Assembly: GCF_963853765.1 (NCBI RefSeq) | Contig: NC_088858.1 | Location: 6,200,001 to 6,264,000, forward strand | Direction: 5' to 3' | DNA from: Magallana gigas | Lineage: Eukaryota | Length of the DNA: 64,000 nucleotides | Shown: positions 49,088-62,982 of the stretch, piece by piece | Layout of the letters: each line of letters starts with the position of its first letter | Numbering within the stretch: the first letter of the stretch is position 1 | The notes under the pieces: model-generated | Database searches by the model: none | What the model was told of the DNA's origin: nothing | The model's input: the letters and a program-made list of their open reading frames with translations, nothing else | Program-made: the position numbers and the translations under genes

Positions 49088-50349
49088 AATGCATAGTGAG
49101 CAACCTTATTAATCAATTTGTCCAGGGACTAATATACAAGTTTCTTCATCTTCTTAAAACTTTGTTTATTAATATCTAACTCAATAAATCTCATCATTTA
49201 TTCAAATAATTACAATGTATCATTAATGCTTACATCATTTATTGGTGTCTTAATGCTATATACTTTTGACATTGTGGATTGTTAATTATTTTCAGTTTTG
49301 AACTTGGTTTAAGTTGTGTAGAAAGTAGTGACTGGGTTCTAACCATGCACATAAAAGATACCCAAAATACAAATAAATATTTAAGGGGTACTTGGTTTTG
49401 TATGCCAGATAACACCAACAGACCAAAGCACATGCAATATCCAGACGAGCTGGTTTACCGTGTCTAGATGTATCTGTTCGACCAAAATTACTTTTGATTT
49501 GCACTTTTATAACAAATGAACGTTGATTATTTGTGTGACACATGTCAAACTTCATACATTTGTTAAATTATAGAGTTTTACCTGTGTTACAATGGTCTGC
49601 ACCATTTCACTATGTGTCAGTCAACGTGGATTTGTTTACTTCCGGAAAGAAGCTGCAACGCCAACCGTACGTGGATGGATTCGATCTACCTTCCACTGCT
49701 GTGTCAAATATGTGTAAAAGACACCTGTGAAACTGGACAGATAGAGACAGGTGTCTTACCACTGAACTATTTTGAAAATTTTAATTCAGTGCAATGGGTT
49801 GAGATATGTTTACGAAAGAAACAAAATTCAATCTTTAAAAAAATCATCTAATAGTGTATATATCAGCAATATATATCATCCAATATTTTTTATTAGATAC
49901 AAGTCGATAGAAAATTAAGCTATTTAAGTCATAGGTATAAATAATTCATTTCTTGGGGGAGGGGAGGGGGAGGGGGAGGGGTGTATGCAAGTTAAATATT
50001 ATATCAGGTTGACTACAAAATAGAAATCTTAGTTTTGCATGCAATAATTGATTTAATAAACTTCATTTTAAAACCGTAACGGTTACATCTTTAAAATTGT
50101 ATTTTTCAACCAAACTGCATGCATAATTTCACTATCTTATTCAGTCATCTTTAGAATAGAGACACATACCATTCAGGAGTATTAAAGCGACCAATAAACT
50201 TTTTTTACCTCTATCAAATATTTTTAATGTTAATATTATAAACATTTTTTACCTCGAATATTTTTGCTTTTGATATTCTTTGCAAGAACCCAACCTGCTT
50301 TTTTATCTAATCAACATTAGTCTTTCCATTTAATTTATTGTCTTATTAA

Positions 50350-50811
50350 GGTCGGACGACACGTTCCTCAATTTTATATAACTTTTTTCCAGGAATTTGT
50401 TGATGGTTTACTACTATTTTGACAAGCTTTCTTGCAAAAAATTAGGGTACCTTACCAGGCATTTCTGCAAAATACTAGAGTATGCAATTCCCCATATAAT
50501 CTTCTTGAAAATACACTTGAATTGCTGATATAAAAATAAATAAATATACATGTACAGCACAACAAAATTCACTATATTGGAACTCTATCTCGGCCGGGGC
50601 GGAGCTTTGAACTGATGACCTCTGGAACGTATACGCTTCTGGCAGTGAGCGGCCACGGTTCTAACCACTCGGCCATCTAGACACATAACTATATCCAATT
50701 AAATTTTAATCATTTTTTAAAATGATTATAAAATAATTATTGATATTTTTTTATTGGAACTCTTTATTACGAGGATACAAAAAAGATTCTCAAGGAACGT
50801 GTCGTCTGACC
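50350..50811. mobile_element. Kolobok-like MITE (~462 bp) containing an internal tRNA-like segment
   Basis: TIR GGTC(G/A)GACGACACGTTCCT, TTAA duplications at 50346-50349 and 50812-50815. Internal minus-strand TGGCCGAGTGGTT...AGTTCAAAGC at 50591-50684. Confidence 0.8.
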
Positions 50812-50865
50812 TTAAAGGAGTGTTTGAATGATATACGTGATTTTAAATTTTTCAGTGTCTTGAGT

Positions 50866-51626
50866 ACAAGAGGCCCAGGGGCCTTAGCTCTGATCAAATT
50901 AGCATTACAGTATCAAAATCAAAATATCTTGACAATTAAGTACAGTAGATGTTGCTCAAAATAGTTTTAAAAATCTGCCAATTTCTATCCACATATTTTT
51001 ATGGTAAATATCAAGCCCCTTTTGTTGTTGTAGCTGTAAGAAGATTTTTCTCAATTCCTATACAACCCCCTCCCCCACTTTATGGCCCCACTTTTTTCAA
51101 GGGAATCATGGTTTTGTCAAATTTTAATCTGCACAACCCATGCTTTTACACAATTTACTGCTTTTTGGACTCACACTTTCCCAGAATATTTTTAAAGATT
51201 TTCTCTAATATTTTTATGTAAAAATGCATCCCCCATTGTGGCCCCGCCCAAACCCCAGGGACCATGTTTTTAACAAACTTGACTCTACATTATCTGAGGA
51301 TGCTTCCACTCCAAATTGAACTTTTCTTGCCTAATAGTTTGTGAGAAGAAGATTTTTAAAGATTTTCTCTATACATTTTAATGTAAAAATCCATCCCCCA
51401 TTGTGGCCCCACACTACCCCCAGGGACCATGATATTAACAAACTTGAATCTACACTATCTGAGAATACTTCCACACAAGTTTAAGCTTTCCTGGCCAAAT
51501 AGTTTTTAAAGAAGATTTTTGAAGATTTCTCTATACATTCTTTTGTAAAAATTCATCCCCCATTGTGGCCCTGCCCTACCCCTAGGGACCATGATTTGAA
51601 GCTTTCAGCTCAGGTGAGCTAAAAAA
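50866..51626. mobile_element. Non-autonomous Helentron/Helitron-like element (HINE type) with ~3 central ~162-165-bp satellite-like repeats
   Basis: One end ACAAGAGGCCCAGGGGCC, the other a hairpin AGCTCAGGTGAGCT followed by an A run. The CCCCATTGTGGCCC motif recurs at about 51234, 51399 and 51561, with a degenerate copy near 51075. This architecture is known for oyster HINEs. Confidence 0.8.
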
Positions 51627-53242
51627 GTGGGTCAGGTTCTTATTGTTACTAAGAAAAATAAACAAACTAAAAAAGGAGATAAGCTTTTCATATCTTTTAA
51701 TAATTTAAATCTATATTTTTTTCACACAAAATATTTGGGTGAAGTTTGTTTGATGGTGTCATGAGAATACATATAATATTTTGATAGAATCGTATATATA
51801 CCCACTGCTCTCTACAGTTAAAGACTGGGAAAACATCCCACTAGGCTTATCAACAGAATTCTAAAACTTGCACACAGTACAACATATAAACGAACACTTT
51901 ATAATAAAGAGAATGTGCACAATAATTCTCATGCAGAGAATGACATTACTATTAATTTTTTCTATGAGATTTCTTTTGTCATACTGGTATCTTGCACCAA
52001 AATAAACCAATCCAAAGTGTGATGTTTTTTAACCCAGTAAAATTGAAATACATTTTAAATAACAATATACATGCAGATGTAAATGGACACAAAAATGAAA
52101 TCTTATTCCATAACAAATAATAATATTCTATCTTTGGAAGAAATGCTATTAAATTTTCACATTTCTATGTATGCCTGTAAATTTATTATTACATGCGTGA
52201 ACAATAAATAATGAATAAAATGCCCTAGCAAAAATATTAATTACACATTGCATGAGACTTAAGGTTTGCATGGACGGCTTGCCGAGCTGCCTTAGACAGC
52301 CGAGACAGAGAAATAAATATGCTTGCCATGATTTTCAATATCATTTACATATAATTGATATGGAGCCTACAAAAAGAATTTCTCGCACACATAATTTGTA
52401 TCACATTTAAAATCACACGGCCTCAAAAGGCTTTCAGAAAATTGGTTACAATTTTAATATACTATAAACTTAATGGAAAAGTTACCACAGAATAATTTGA
52501 CTAGATACAAGATTTATGGAAGGAATCATCAGAGATAAAACAATTAAAAAATGTCTTGCTCTTATCTCTCAACACAATCTTACACTAACTTCTAAAACTT
52601 GTATATTTATAAAATAAACAAAAGATATTCACACACACGGAGATTCATAAATATCATAATTAAAGTGAATAATCAGAACCATAAAAACAGAGCCTGGGTA
52701 TGATTATCAAAACATTCAAATATCAATCACATTTTGCATGTAAAAGCAAAATTAGAACCCCAATTAACAACATCTTTAACCTAACAGTACAGATAGCACC
52801 ATTATATCCAAGTATCACAATATCACAATGCATCGTCCCTATCGGTATGCATATATTGAATCATAATTATGTTAAATAGAAAATCATTGAGAAATCTGAA
52901 GCTCCATTCCTTTTACAATTATCTTCTTTGTCTCCATCTAATATTCTGATAGTTTGGCTCCTTCAGCTAGAAAACAAATCAAAGTTATAAGCAAAACTGG
53001 ATGAGGAAATTACTTTCGACTATCAACAAGAGATATAATAAAAGCTACAGCTTAATGCAAAGTTTACAAATTCACACCAACCTTTGTATTTAACAGCCTT
53101 GTTTGCTCATCCACACATCTTCAAACTATCCATGCAATCAAACAACGATATAAATTAAACAATGATATGAAACTGATAAAAGTCTTTGGCACCAATATAA
53201 ATATCACAGATACGTCGCTTCCTCCATTGTTCCTGAGCCGTG

Positions 53243-56200
53243 TCACCGTCGAGTTGTGTGTCTGCGCTTCAGCTTTGCTTTGATATCCCTGGACTGAATG
53301 GGTCGGGTTCTGAGTGGATCGAATCCCTCAATGTCAGAAATCACTGACGCAGGACTCTGAGGTCTGTAACGGGAAGTTAGGCCGCTGACTTCCGCATCGT
53401 AAAGTTCATAGCTTCCTGACAGCGTGCCAGACATACTGCGATGACTAGCATCCAGCAAGTCTGAGGCATAGTCACTGTATGAAGAATAGGGACGTCTTGG
53501 GGTGGAACTAAGGCGGTCTGCACTCAGGTGGGCCTCCCTAAAAATAAGAAACTCAAAGTTTACATTGTGATGAAAACAATAGAGCAGTTTTTACAAACCC
53601 TCCCTATTTCAAGAAAGAAATATATGCAAGAGACTGTACCTGACACTTGATGGTTTTTTGCTGTAGGAGTCCAGTATGTGTTGGGCCCTACGTATCTCCG
53701 ACCGATTCTGGAGACGGATTTGTTCTATCTCATGTAACAGCTGTCGACTCTCGCTACCAGTGTAGTAGGTCCTGGTTTCTGGACTGTGGTCATAGGACTG
53801 TTCATTCATTGGTCTATATCTAGGCTCTGGTGAAATGGACCCAGTGGACATCTGAGTGGGAGAGTTAAGAGTATTGCTTGGGGGTTTGGTGTCAGAGGAC
53901 ACGCTCCGGGGGGAATCTCTACCCTGTGGGGGAACCAGATAAGTGCTGTAGCCATAGTCCATGCAAGATGGTAGCTCGTCTGCCACGGAGAATGCTATTC
54001 TGGGAGAGTAGGCAAGATGTCTGTTATGGTACGAGTTTCTGGGAGAGAGGTGGTTGTCCCTGGGAGAGTACATTGAGTAGTAGTCATTGTCACAGGACTC
54101 TCGGTCGTAGAGTCTGTCCTGAGTGCTTGCTGACCGTGGGGAGAGGTAGTCGTGGTGAAGAAGTCGACTGGGATGGGAGCTGGTCCTGTGATGTAGAGGA
54201 GAACTGGACCTGCTCACTCTGCTCAAGAACTCTTTGTCCTCTGTGTGTTTGACCAGTTCTTTACGAAGACCGACAAGGTGGTCCTTGTGTTGTTTTGGAG
54301 TCATGTACTGAGATGAGGAATGGACAGATGAAGTAGGGCTAACACTTCGGGAGCCTCTGTCTGGCAGAGATTCATGCACAGAATTGTTTAGGTTATGGAG
54401 AGTTCTTGATCTTTGGTAGTTTTGAAGCTCTAACATCCTCTCAACTTTAAAAGCCTCTATTTCAGCATTCCTCCTCAACTTCAATACATCTCTGTTCCTT
54501 CCCTTGGTCCTTCCTCGCCCTGTACCTTGCTTTCTGGTCATTCTCTCCCGACAAATCTCAATGTCGGATTTGGACTGCTGAAGCTCATCCCTGTACATAC
54601 TGAGGTACTCCCTGGTGATGTGTGGATGGTGGATAGTCCTTTGTCTTTCATCATCACTATCCCAGTGCTCATCTAGCGACTTCAGCAGGAGGTCTGTCTG
54701 GCCTATGCAGTAGTTCAGCTTGGCTTCCAACAGCTCCACAGTAAAACTAGCAGGTAGATAGTTCAAGGACAGTAGTTCAATGATCTGGACCCTCTCTTTA
54801 TGAAGTTTATCCAGCTTCTGTTTGATCTGATCATTGTTGAAGTTTGTGATAGGCTGGGAGGAGTCTGACCCAGTAATAGCACTCAAATCAAGCTTCAAGT
54901 CCGACTGTCCATTCTGGTGGAAGTTCTGATGCCTACTGTCTGTGGTGTCTGAATCACCATTAACCATTGTGTGGGTGGAGGTCTCCCGGTTCAGATGCTG
55001 TAACCTTGACCTGAGAGGAACACTGATGTCATGTGATGGAATCTCTGTTTCTATGGTAACAGGTGAGGTAGGTGGAGTAATACATCCCTCATCGTCACTC
55101 AGGACATCCTCCACTGTCTCTGTATTATCAGACGATGTCAACTCACCATTTTGTTTAGTTGCTGTATTTTTAATTCCTTGCTCTTTAACTGGTGTATGAG
55201 AACTATCTTTGACTTTATAATCGTTATCTTGTAGTCTGTCTTGTTTAGTAGAATGAATGTTTATATCATGTGGGAAGCTCTGTTGTCTGTTAGCCTCTTT
55301 TGCTACAAACTCTTCATGAACTGGAGCCTTTGCCTCTTGTCTTAGTTTCTCTGTCATTCTTTTTCTGTTTTCGGCAGCTGCTCTGAACTTCTCCATCATT
55401 TTTTCATGCTCCTCTTTCAGTTTCTCCATCTCACTGTTGCTTGCATTCAGATTAGGATAGCTGTACTCAGATTCCAATTCTCTTTTGTCAGTAGCTGATA
55501 CATCTGGCTTCTCTTTTTTTGGTTGATCTTTCTGCTTCTGAGAGCTTGCCTCTGAGTTATTCTGTTTCACAGGTGATGGCTCCCTGCTTAGTCTATCAAA
55601 AAAGTTCACTGTTTCTTTTACAGGCACCAGTTTCTTTGTGATGATATTTTCATCCCCTTCTGCTGTGTTTCCTGGAAGGATGTTAGTGGTCTCTGTTTCA
55701 GAAATTTCAAAGGCAGAGAAGCTGACATCAGTCTGTGTGCTCGAGTCCTCGAGGTTCTGGAGCGAGTCTGAGGTCTGAGTTGTGTCATCTCTGCTTGTAG
55801 CCAGGTCCTCAGATTTGCATCGATATTCCCCTGGAAATTTCTGTTGAAGGTTCTGAAGAAGTGCATTGTTTTCAATAACCATAGATGACATGTTCTGCCA
55901 GTTTTCTGTTTCCTTAGAGAGATGTAATTCTGGTGGTTTATTTCGTGACAAATCTTCTGTGCTTTTACCTCTATATGGGGAAACTAAAGATGGCAGGACT
56001 TTGTGACCTTTAGCCTGAGTACGTGGAGACTCCTCCACCTGATCAGCTCCCTCTTTATTCCTGGACTTCTCAGTGGAGCTGTAGTCTGTATGCTGATGAG
56101 TATCATGAGGGTGATCATGGGGGTGGGGGAATCTGGAGTACTGCATGTCCTCACAGACACCCTCTCCAACCCTGGGGGTGTCCAGCTCTGTGAGGGAGAA

Positions 56201-59200
56201 GTCACTGTCCCCAATCTCTGCTGAGGTACTGTCCCTGGCCTCAGACATATTCTGTGACTCCCTCTCGCTGGTCTCCACACAGGGAGGGAATATCCCCTCA
56301 TTGTTGCTGGAGTCGTCAGCCACCTCTATCTTGGAGTTGACCTCTAACAAGCTGGCCGACCTCGACCTGTGAATCTTGTGCTTGCTCAGGCTCTGTTTTG
56401 GCAAGTTGTCTGATGACATGGAGCGAGTGGGAATGGGAAGAATATTCTCATCTATTCCAAATTTGTGTCTGAGTGGCTTGTCATCATCATCAATGTCTGT
56501 GTGACTCCTATGTCTTCTCCGGTAGGATTCCCTAACTTCAGCAGCATCTTCATTCTGTATGATGGAGTCTCTGTTAGAGCTTCTGTCATCTTCATCACTG
56601 TCATCACCAGAGTCCTCCAACACTTCATTGCTGCTGAGAATGTTGTACTCTGGTTGTTTGGATGTGAAGGACTTGAGCTGTTCCATGCTGTCTTTACTGT
56701 GGGATTGCCCCATAAATACAAACACAATGCTATCGTTAGAACTGTTGGCATTGTCTTCTTTTGTTTCCTCAAACTGATCCATGCATGTTTCAGACATAGA
56801 CCTTCTGATCTCTTCATAATTTTCAGTCACTACATCTGACATTGATGGTGACTTTTCTTTTATATTTTTATATCGACGTCTATGCTCTTCGTCTGCTTCA
56901 ATAATTTTTTGCTCCTCATCTGCTTCTTCTGTTTCTTGCTGTTCTGTTGCATCATATTCATCAATAAGGATTTCTCCAGGAGAAAGTGATCTATCGCTGT
57001 TTGTTTCCCCCCTCACATCAGAGTCAGATTCTTCAGAGGAAGAAGTCACTTCAATAGGAACCTTTGACCGCTGCTGACTCTGTTTGTTCATCAAATCACT
57101 CACTTCTTGATCAGATTTTTCTGATTTTGACACATTTTCGTTTTTACCTCCCATTTTACCTTGATCGGAGCTCTCTTCATCATCAAACACATTTCCGGAG
57201 TCTTTGAATGGGGATTTCCTTGCACTTTTATTTTCGATCTCCAGGTTCTTTGCATCGAGGACCTCAGCTGGTACCTGTGGCGCCTCAGTCTGACTTGTCC
57301 TCACTTCCACTGGTGCTAGGCTTTCTGCACCAAATCTAAAGATTTTATCCGACTCGTACAATCTACTGCTTCTAGGAGAGACCGTTGTCGAGTCTCCATC
57401 AGTGTGATAATCAGAGCTAATAGCTGAATCACTAAGACTCCTAACTCTACGTTGAAGACTTGCAAGCTTTTGCTGAAGTTCTCGCTTCAATTCCCTGTGA
57501 AGATTGCCATCATCTTTTGTTTGCTTTTTGTTGGCTGTCTTAGGCTCTAAAGACTCTGTGTTAACAGTAACCATTTGTAAGTTCTTGAGTACAGCTTCTA
57601 ATGGAAGTTTGTCAGTTTTCTCAGAATCTGCTCGAGGTTCAGTGGATATCTTGGCTTTCTCTGCCTCCTCCGGTCGAGGTGATTGCTGAGGCGTTGTGTA
57701 AGAGGAACTGGAGCTGGAGTGAACCTCATCACAGATTTCCTCCACAAAGTACTTCCTGTCAGGGTCGTATTCGTCAGAATGGTCAGCATCATCCCTTGTG
57801 CTGATAGGGTTCTCAATCAGGTTCCTAAGAATATCCATTGCACTGGAGGGTTGGACAGCAATGGAGGACATTTCTGAGGGAGGTGAGCTCTCAGTGCACC
57901 GGGTTCTACCCATTCTTCTGGGTGGGGGGCTGACTGCATGTAAATTCTGTCCTGCAGGTTGGATGCTTTCTAAACCCTCATGTTCTGGATGAAGGATTGT
58001 CTGCTCCCCAACAGGATTATACTCAGTTACCTTTGACCTTGGTGTTGATGTGCTCTTACTAGACAGTCTTCCTCCTGGAAGAGAATCCAAGTCATCCGCC
58101 GAGTCAGACATGAAGGATGTGTTTCCTCTTCTCCCATCACCGATCATAGTTCCATAATCAGAGGTGCAGTCCGACTCAGTGGGTGAAGTCAATGATTTTA
58201 GACCCCGAGGATCCTCTGATAACTGTACATTGAGTGGAGACCTCATCTCCTCCACATAACTGTTTCCATATTCATTCTGAGTCTGATTCTCCACATGATG
58301 TCCATCTTCATTGCTCACATTAGAGGATCCATGGTAGTTCCTTCCTGACACAATAACATGAGTGGGAGATTCTGTATCAGTTCGACTGAACACAACATTT
58401 TCATGGCTCACATGTTCATCATGGTTTTCTGTTCTCTGAGTGTCTGTGTTTGTCACACTGATGTTAATAGTTTCAGGAATTGTAGTGGAAAGAGTGGGTG
58501 AATTCAAACCGTAAGTTTTATATTCCACCTTGTTGACATTATAGAACACATTTGTTTCTTCTTCCTTCACAGTCACCTCATATCTGACAGGTGACTGAAT
58601 GGGTACAGCTCCACCACTTGGAGGACTATCCAGTATAAAACTTCCGTGATCAAAGAATCTGTCGGACGATGTTGGAGACTGAGGTGACACTGTCTCCGTC
58701 TCCAGTGAATAACAGTTATCCTCCTCCGACGAAACATCCGAATCCAGTGTACCACTAGCATAAGGAGGAGGAGAACTAGGGTCCACCGTTTCAGTGGACC
58801 AGACATCAGTGCAAGCCATCTCCAGTGTACTGGATGTTTTGTGTTTTCTTGGAGTTCTCCGGCCGGTCGGTGTGTTGAGCCCCCCTGATGCCCGAGCCTT
58901 CCTGGGAGAGGAAGAACTCTTGTCTGAGCTCCATACACTGACCGGGGAGATGTTGAGTTGGTGGATCCCTGGTCTTGGGGAGCGGAGTGAGGAATGAAGG
59001 GAAGACATGGGAGACATCAGAGGACTGTCTACAGAGGAAAGGTCTGTCTGCTGCTCACTGTCTCTGGTCTCTGAGGTGGCCCTTGATCCTGGCTTACCCA
59101 CTGATCCATAGGAAGAGTCCACTGAGTTCATGTCACTTCCAAGTTTCTGTGGGCGCCGGGCAGTCCCATCCTGTGGTCTGTGATTGGTCGACATACTGGT

Positions 59201-62200
59201 TTCTAGATTATCTCCTGATGCGTTTTGCTCCTTGTCATCTAGCTCTTGTAACACCGAACAGTATTTCTCCACTTCCGAATTCAGACTGCTTACTGATCCA
59301 CTTTTAGGAATAGATTTCTCTGAATTTTCTGGACAATGTCTGCTGGAGCACTTTTCTCTATGATTTTCATTGTCACAGTGTCCTATTCCATTATCACCAT
59401 CTTCTGCTGCTACATCATGGGTATTTTCTCCATCAGATGACAGGTCTGGTTGACTTAGCTCCTCCCCTTTGCTGATGTCAGCTGTGTCTGAGTGCAGGCT
59501 CTCGCTCTCAGTGGTCAGCTGGTATTCCTCTGAGCTTTGACAATATGGACACTTCCCAGATTTCTTGTAGGGTTTTAGGTTGGCCCTTTTTCGTCGGCGG
59601 GATCCCGAGGTTGGTCTGGAGCAAGACTTAGACTGGGAACCTGAAACAGTAAAACAGATTTCAAACGTCTGTATTTTATAGTTATATACTGTAAAAGTAG
59701 TTAATTAGGCTGGTGGTTAAGAATGCATTTTCTTTGTTAGAACATAATACATGGGTATTAAATACATGGATGTGTGATTTACCAGACTGAGTTTTGATTC
59801 TTTAATCATATGCGCTTGGGTATTTTACACGGTTTTAAGCTTACCACATAACAAGAGTAAATTTTCCTATGCGTATATAACCACTTTTATAGTATAAGTG
59901 TCCTTGAATAGGTAACATTTTAAGGTCAAATTTACATAGTTCCTTGGTATATGAAATTTTACTCTACAACTTAAGCTTAATAATAATGTAGTCTATTTAC
60001 ACTTGTAATTCTATCTAATAAAATAAATCTAATTTGATTTAAATCATGGTACTATAAGTCTATCTTATAATCTTTGTTTAGCCCTTCTTAAAAGCCAATT
60101 ATTTGAGATCCCCTTTCAGACACTTAACTTAGGCAAAACTTTATAAGATTCTTCAAAGAAAGTGACCTACACTATGTAAAGCCTTATCAGAATGTAAGCC
60201 TTCATTACGCAATGTTCTAATTAAAGGTCGAACATTACTGGGGGCTTTATGAAATTCTATCTAATTCCCACACTTGCTCCAGTCCTGGCAATTAGACAAA
60301 ATTTCAAGCGGGGCAATACCTCTCCATTTAATTTCCAACACTTTTGTTTACTCTCCCTTTTCAGGTAAATAGAAAGAGAATGTGCTACTAATTTCTCAAA
60401 AGGAATCTTGCTTTTGACAGCCTGGTAAATAAAATCTACATCAAGTTTTCACAACTTATTCATTTTATCAAAGTGTGAATAAAAATTTAATCTACATTTT
60501 CCAACTTCATTAGGTTTTTGAAAATGATTTTGCATAAAACTGCCATGGTATAGATAAACCACAAGAAACAACATTCTGTATCCAGACAATTGTGTCATCT
60601 TCTGTAGGAATTCCCAGTAAATCAAACGCTTATCTGTTCAATCCTTGATTCCATTATCATCCAAAGTTTAGTACACAACAACCCGAAACTCCTACCTTGA
60701 AAGCTCCAATGAAGCGAAACAACTGAAATAAAATCTATGCACAGAGAATTTTAAATCAACAGATCCAGAAAACGGTTCTAGCTTTTGGTTAGATAAGTTT
60801 AGGACGGAATTTGGTTATTTCCCTGGGACAGGAAACCATTGAAGTGAGGAGTTTATTTAGCTGATTATGGTGTATCTATGGCCCAGATCAGCAGATATTT
60901 ACTCTGTATTGAAAACAGTATTACTACTATTCTAAATGGTCCTCTGAATAAAAACTTGACACATGTTTGCAAACACTTTGAAACCTTGGAGTACATGGAG
61001 AATGTGAGTTCCAAAATTTAGCAATTGTTTGACAGACCAATTACAGAAGCAATGCCAATTGTGCTCCTGTAACCCCCATTCACTGCCAATACACTCAGCC
61101 CTTTGATTCCATGTGAAGTCACAGACCACTTTCAAAACCTATAGGTTTGGTCTTAAGAGACATTATTTTGATCCAATCCAGATGTAGCAAAAAAAGACAA
61201 ATGATCCCGGTTAAAGAACAATCTACCTGATATACCTCACCCTATGAATTAACACAACATTTCAACTGAAACCTGTTTTTTAAATAACAAATCCTGCTTG
61301 AAAAGGTTTGACATGTGAACATGCTCAAATATTGATTTTTTTTTTTCACTCGCATTCTTGCAATTACTTTTTTTTCTAATTCCAGACAGATTTTAAGTAT
61401 GCAGACTTCAAAACACATCCATAATCTTTCAATCTAACCTTACGTCGCATATTACTTATGAAACCACCGATACAACAAAGATATCAAAAGAAAACAAAGG
61501 TGTTACGATACCTGACCAGGTCAATTAAAAAATTCCAGCCGAGATCCACTACGTACTCCCTGAATGAAACTGTTCTACTGAAAACAGGCCCGGCCAAAAC
61601 TTTTAAAACCTGCTAAGTCCTACTGGCAGTCCGCCATGGTTAAAGTCCTTATACCCACTATTGATGTTTGAATCTGTACGACACCAAGCCTATTTTAATG
61701 CTTTATATACAGGGGATGTTATGAATGAAGGATCATGCATATTGATTGTGCTCTGATGGAACAATTAAGTGCACGCACACATCAATAATACAAAAAGCAG
61801 CTTACGAGTCCTACTCCAAATTCCTATATTTCTCGGTACATATTTCTCATTAAAAATTTACGAAAATGGGTACTAAAATCTATAGCATAAAACTAACCAA
61901 CTGTGCAAATCAAGTTACTTTTACTATCAAGGGAATCAAGGACATTGTTTTTTCCTCCAGCCTCTAAATAAATGCTGGTTTGCTGTGATCTGTTAAATAG
62001 ATCTGTGTAGGCTGGAATCGAGGGCAGACTTTTGCGAGCAAGACTTAATCCACTTGTAGTACTTCATTTGATTGTTTCTGCTCTCTGGGGACACAAATTC
62101 TTTTCCTGTTGAGTGTCATATTGATCAGAAAGAAGCAACTTAAAATTGGGGAAAACACTGCAACTATCAAGGCCTTGCAAATCATTTACATGAAAAATGA

Positions 62201-62982
62201 GATGTAAAAGCAGCATTGTACAGCTTTTTCATTCAATCGTAATAAATGTATTCTATAGCTAGACTGTATCATCTTGCCTTTTTTAAACTGATTTATCCAT
62301 CAACATTGTCTCAACTCCCCTATCAATCTACATATTCTTCTCCTTTCTTTCCCCTGTGTGTCTCTACAATGTCTTAACCTACAGTAGTCTTAACCTTTCT
62401 TTTCCCAGTATCTTACACTTTTTCTAAAGTGTGCCTTTGAGGCTTTCTACAAAGGCTTGCCCCTTCTTTCCCCTGTATCTCCCTACCATGTGTTACCCTT
62501 TCTTTCCCCTCTAAGACTTCACAATCACTTGCCCCTTCTTTCCCTTTCTCTACAATGTCTTACCTGTTGGTTCTGCAATTTCTTTGAAGTGACCAGTGTG
62601 GTCTGACTCCCCATTATCTCTCTATGTAGTACCCTTCTCTCCCCTGCATCTCTCTACAATGTCTTACCCTTTCTTTCTCTGCATCTCTCTACAATGTCTT
62701 AGCCTTTCTTTCCTTGCATCTCTCTACAATGCCTTACCCTTTCTTTCCCCTCTCAACAATAATATCTTACCTTTCATTCTCCTTCATATTTTCACATTGT
62801 TAGGCCCCTTTCTCTCCCTTCTAAGTCTCTACAACCTCATACCTGTGGGCTCTGCTGTTTCTGCAAGGTGATCGGTGCCATCTGACTCCCCACTCTCCAG
62901 GCGGCCATTTCTCTGGATCATGGCTCTCTGTCTGACCGCCCTCCTAGCAGACGACAGCTGAGGAGACACAGTGTAGGCTCCC
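53243..62982 (-). CDS. 3' part of a very large, mostly low-complexity/disordered protein with coiled-coil segments (unidentified); 5' exons lie beyond the window or were not found
   Basis: Phase-consistent exons 62843-62982 (phase 2 in, phase 1 out), 53640-59640 (6,001 nt, open throughout) and 53243-53537 (stop). More than 2,140 aa in total. Ser/Glu/Asp-rich, with a CPYC motif and a structured-looking C-terminal block KLDKLHKERVQIIELLSLNYLPASFTVELLEAKLNYCIGQTDLLL. Confidence 0.85.
62340..62840. repeat. Degenerate 35-bp tandem array (CCCTTTCTTTC.CTGCATCTCTCTACAATGTCTTA) with an embedded duplicate of the neighbouring exon end
   Basis: Period 35 at 62632, 62667, 62702 and 62737, plus more diverged units. 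The segment 62561-62614 matches 62840-62893 at 40/54 nt without gaps. Confidence 0.85.

Noticed and set aside
53878-59307. Multiple plus-strand and alternate-frame ORFs of 60-124 aa
   Set aside because: Shadows of the giant coding exon.
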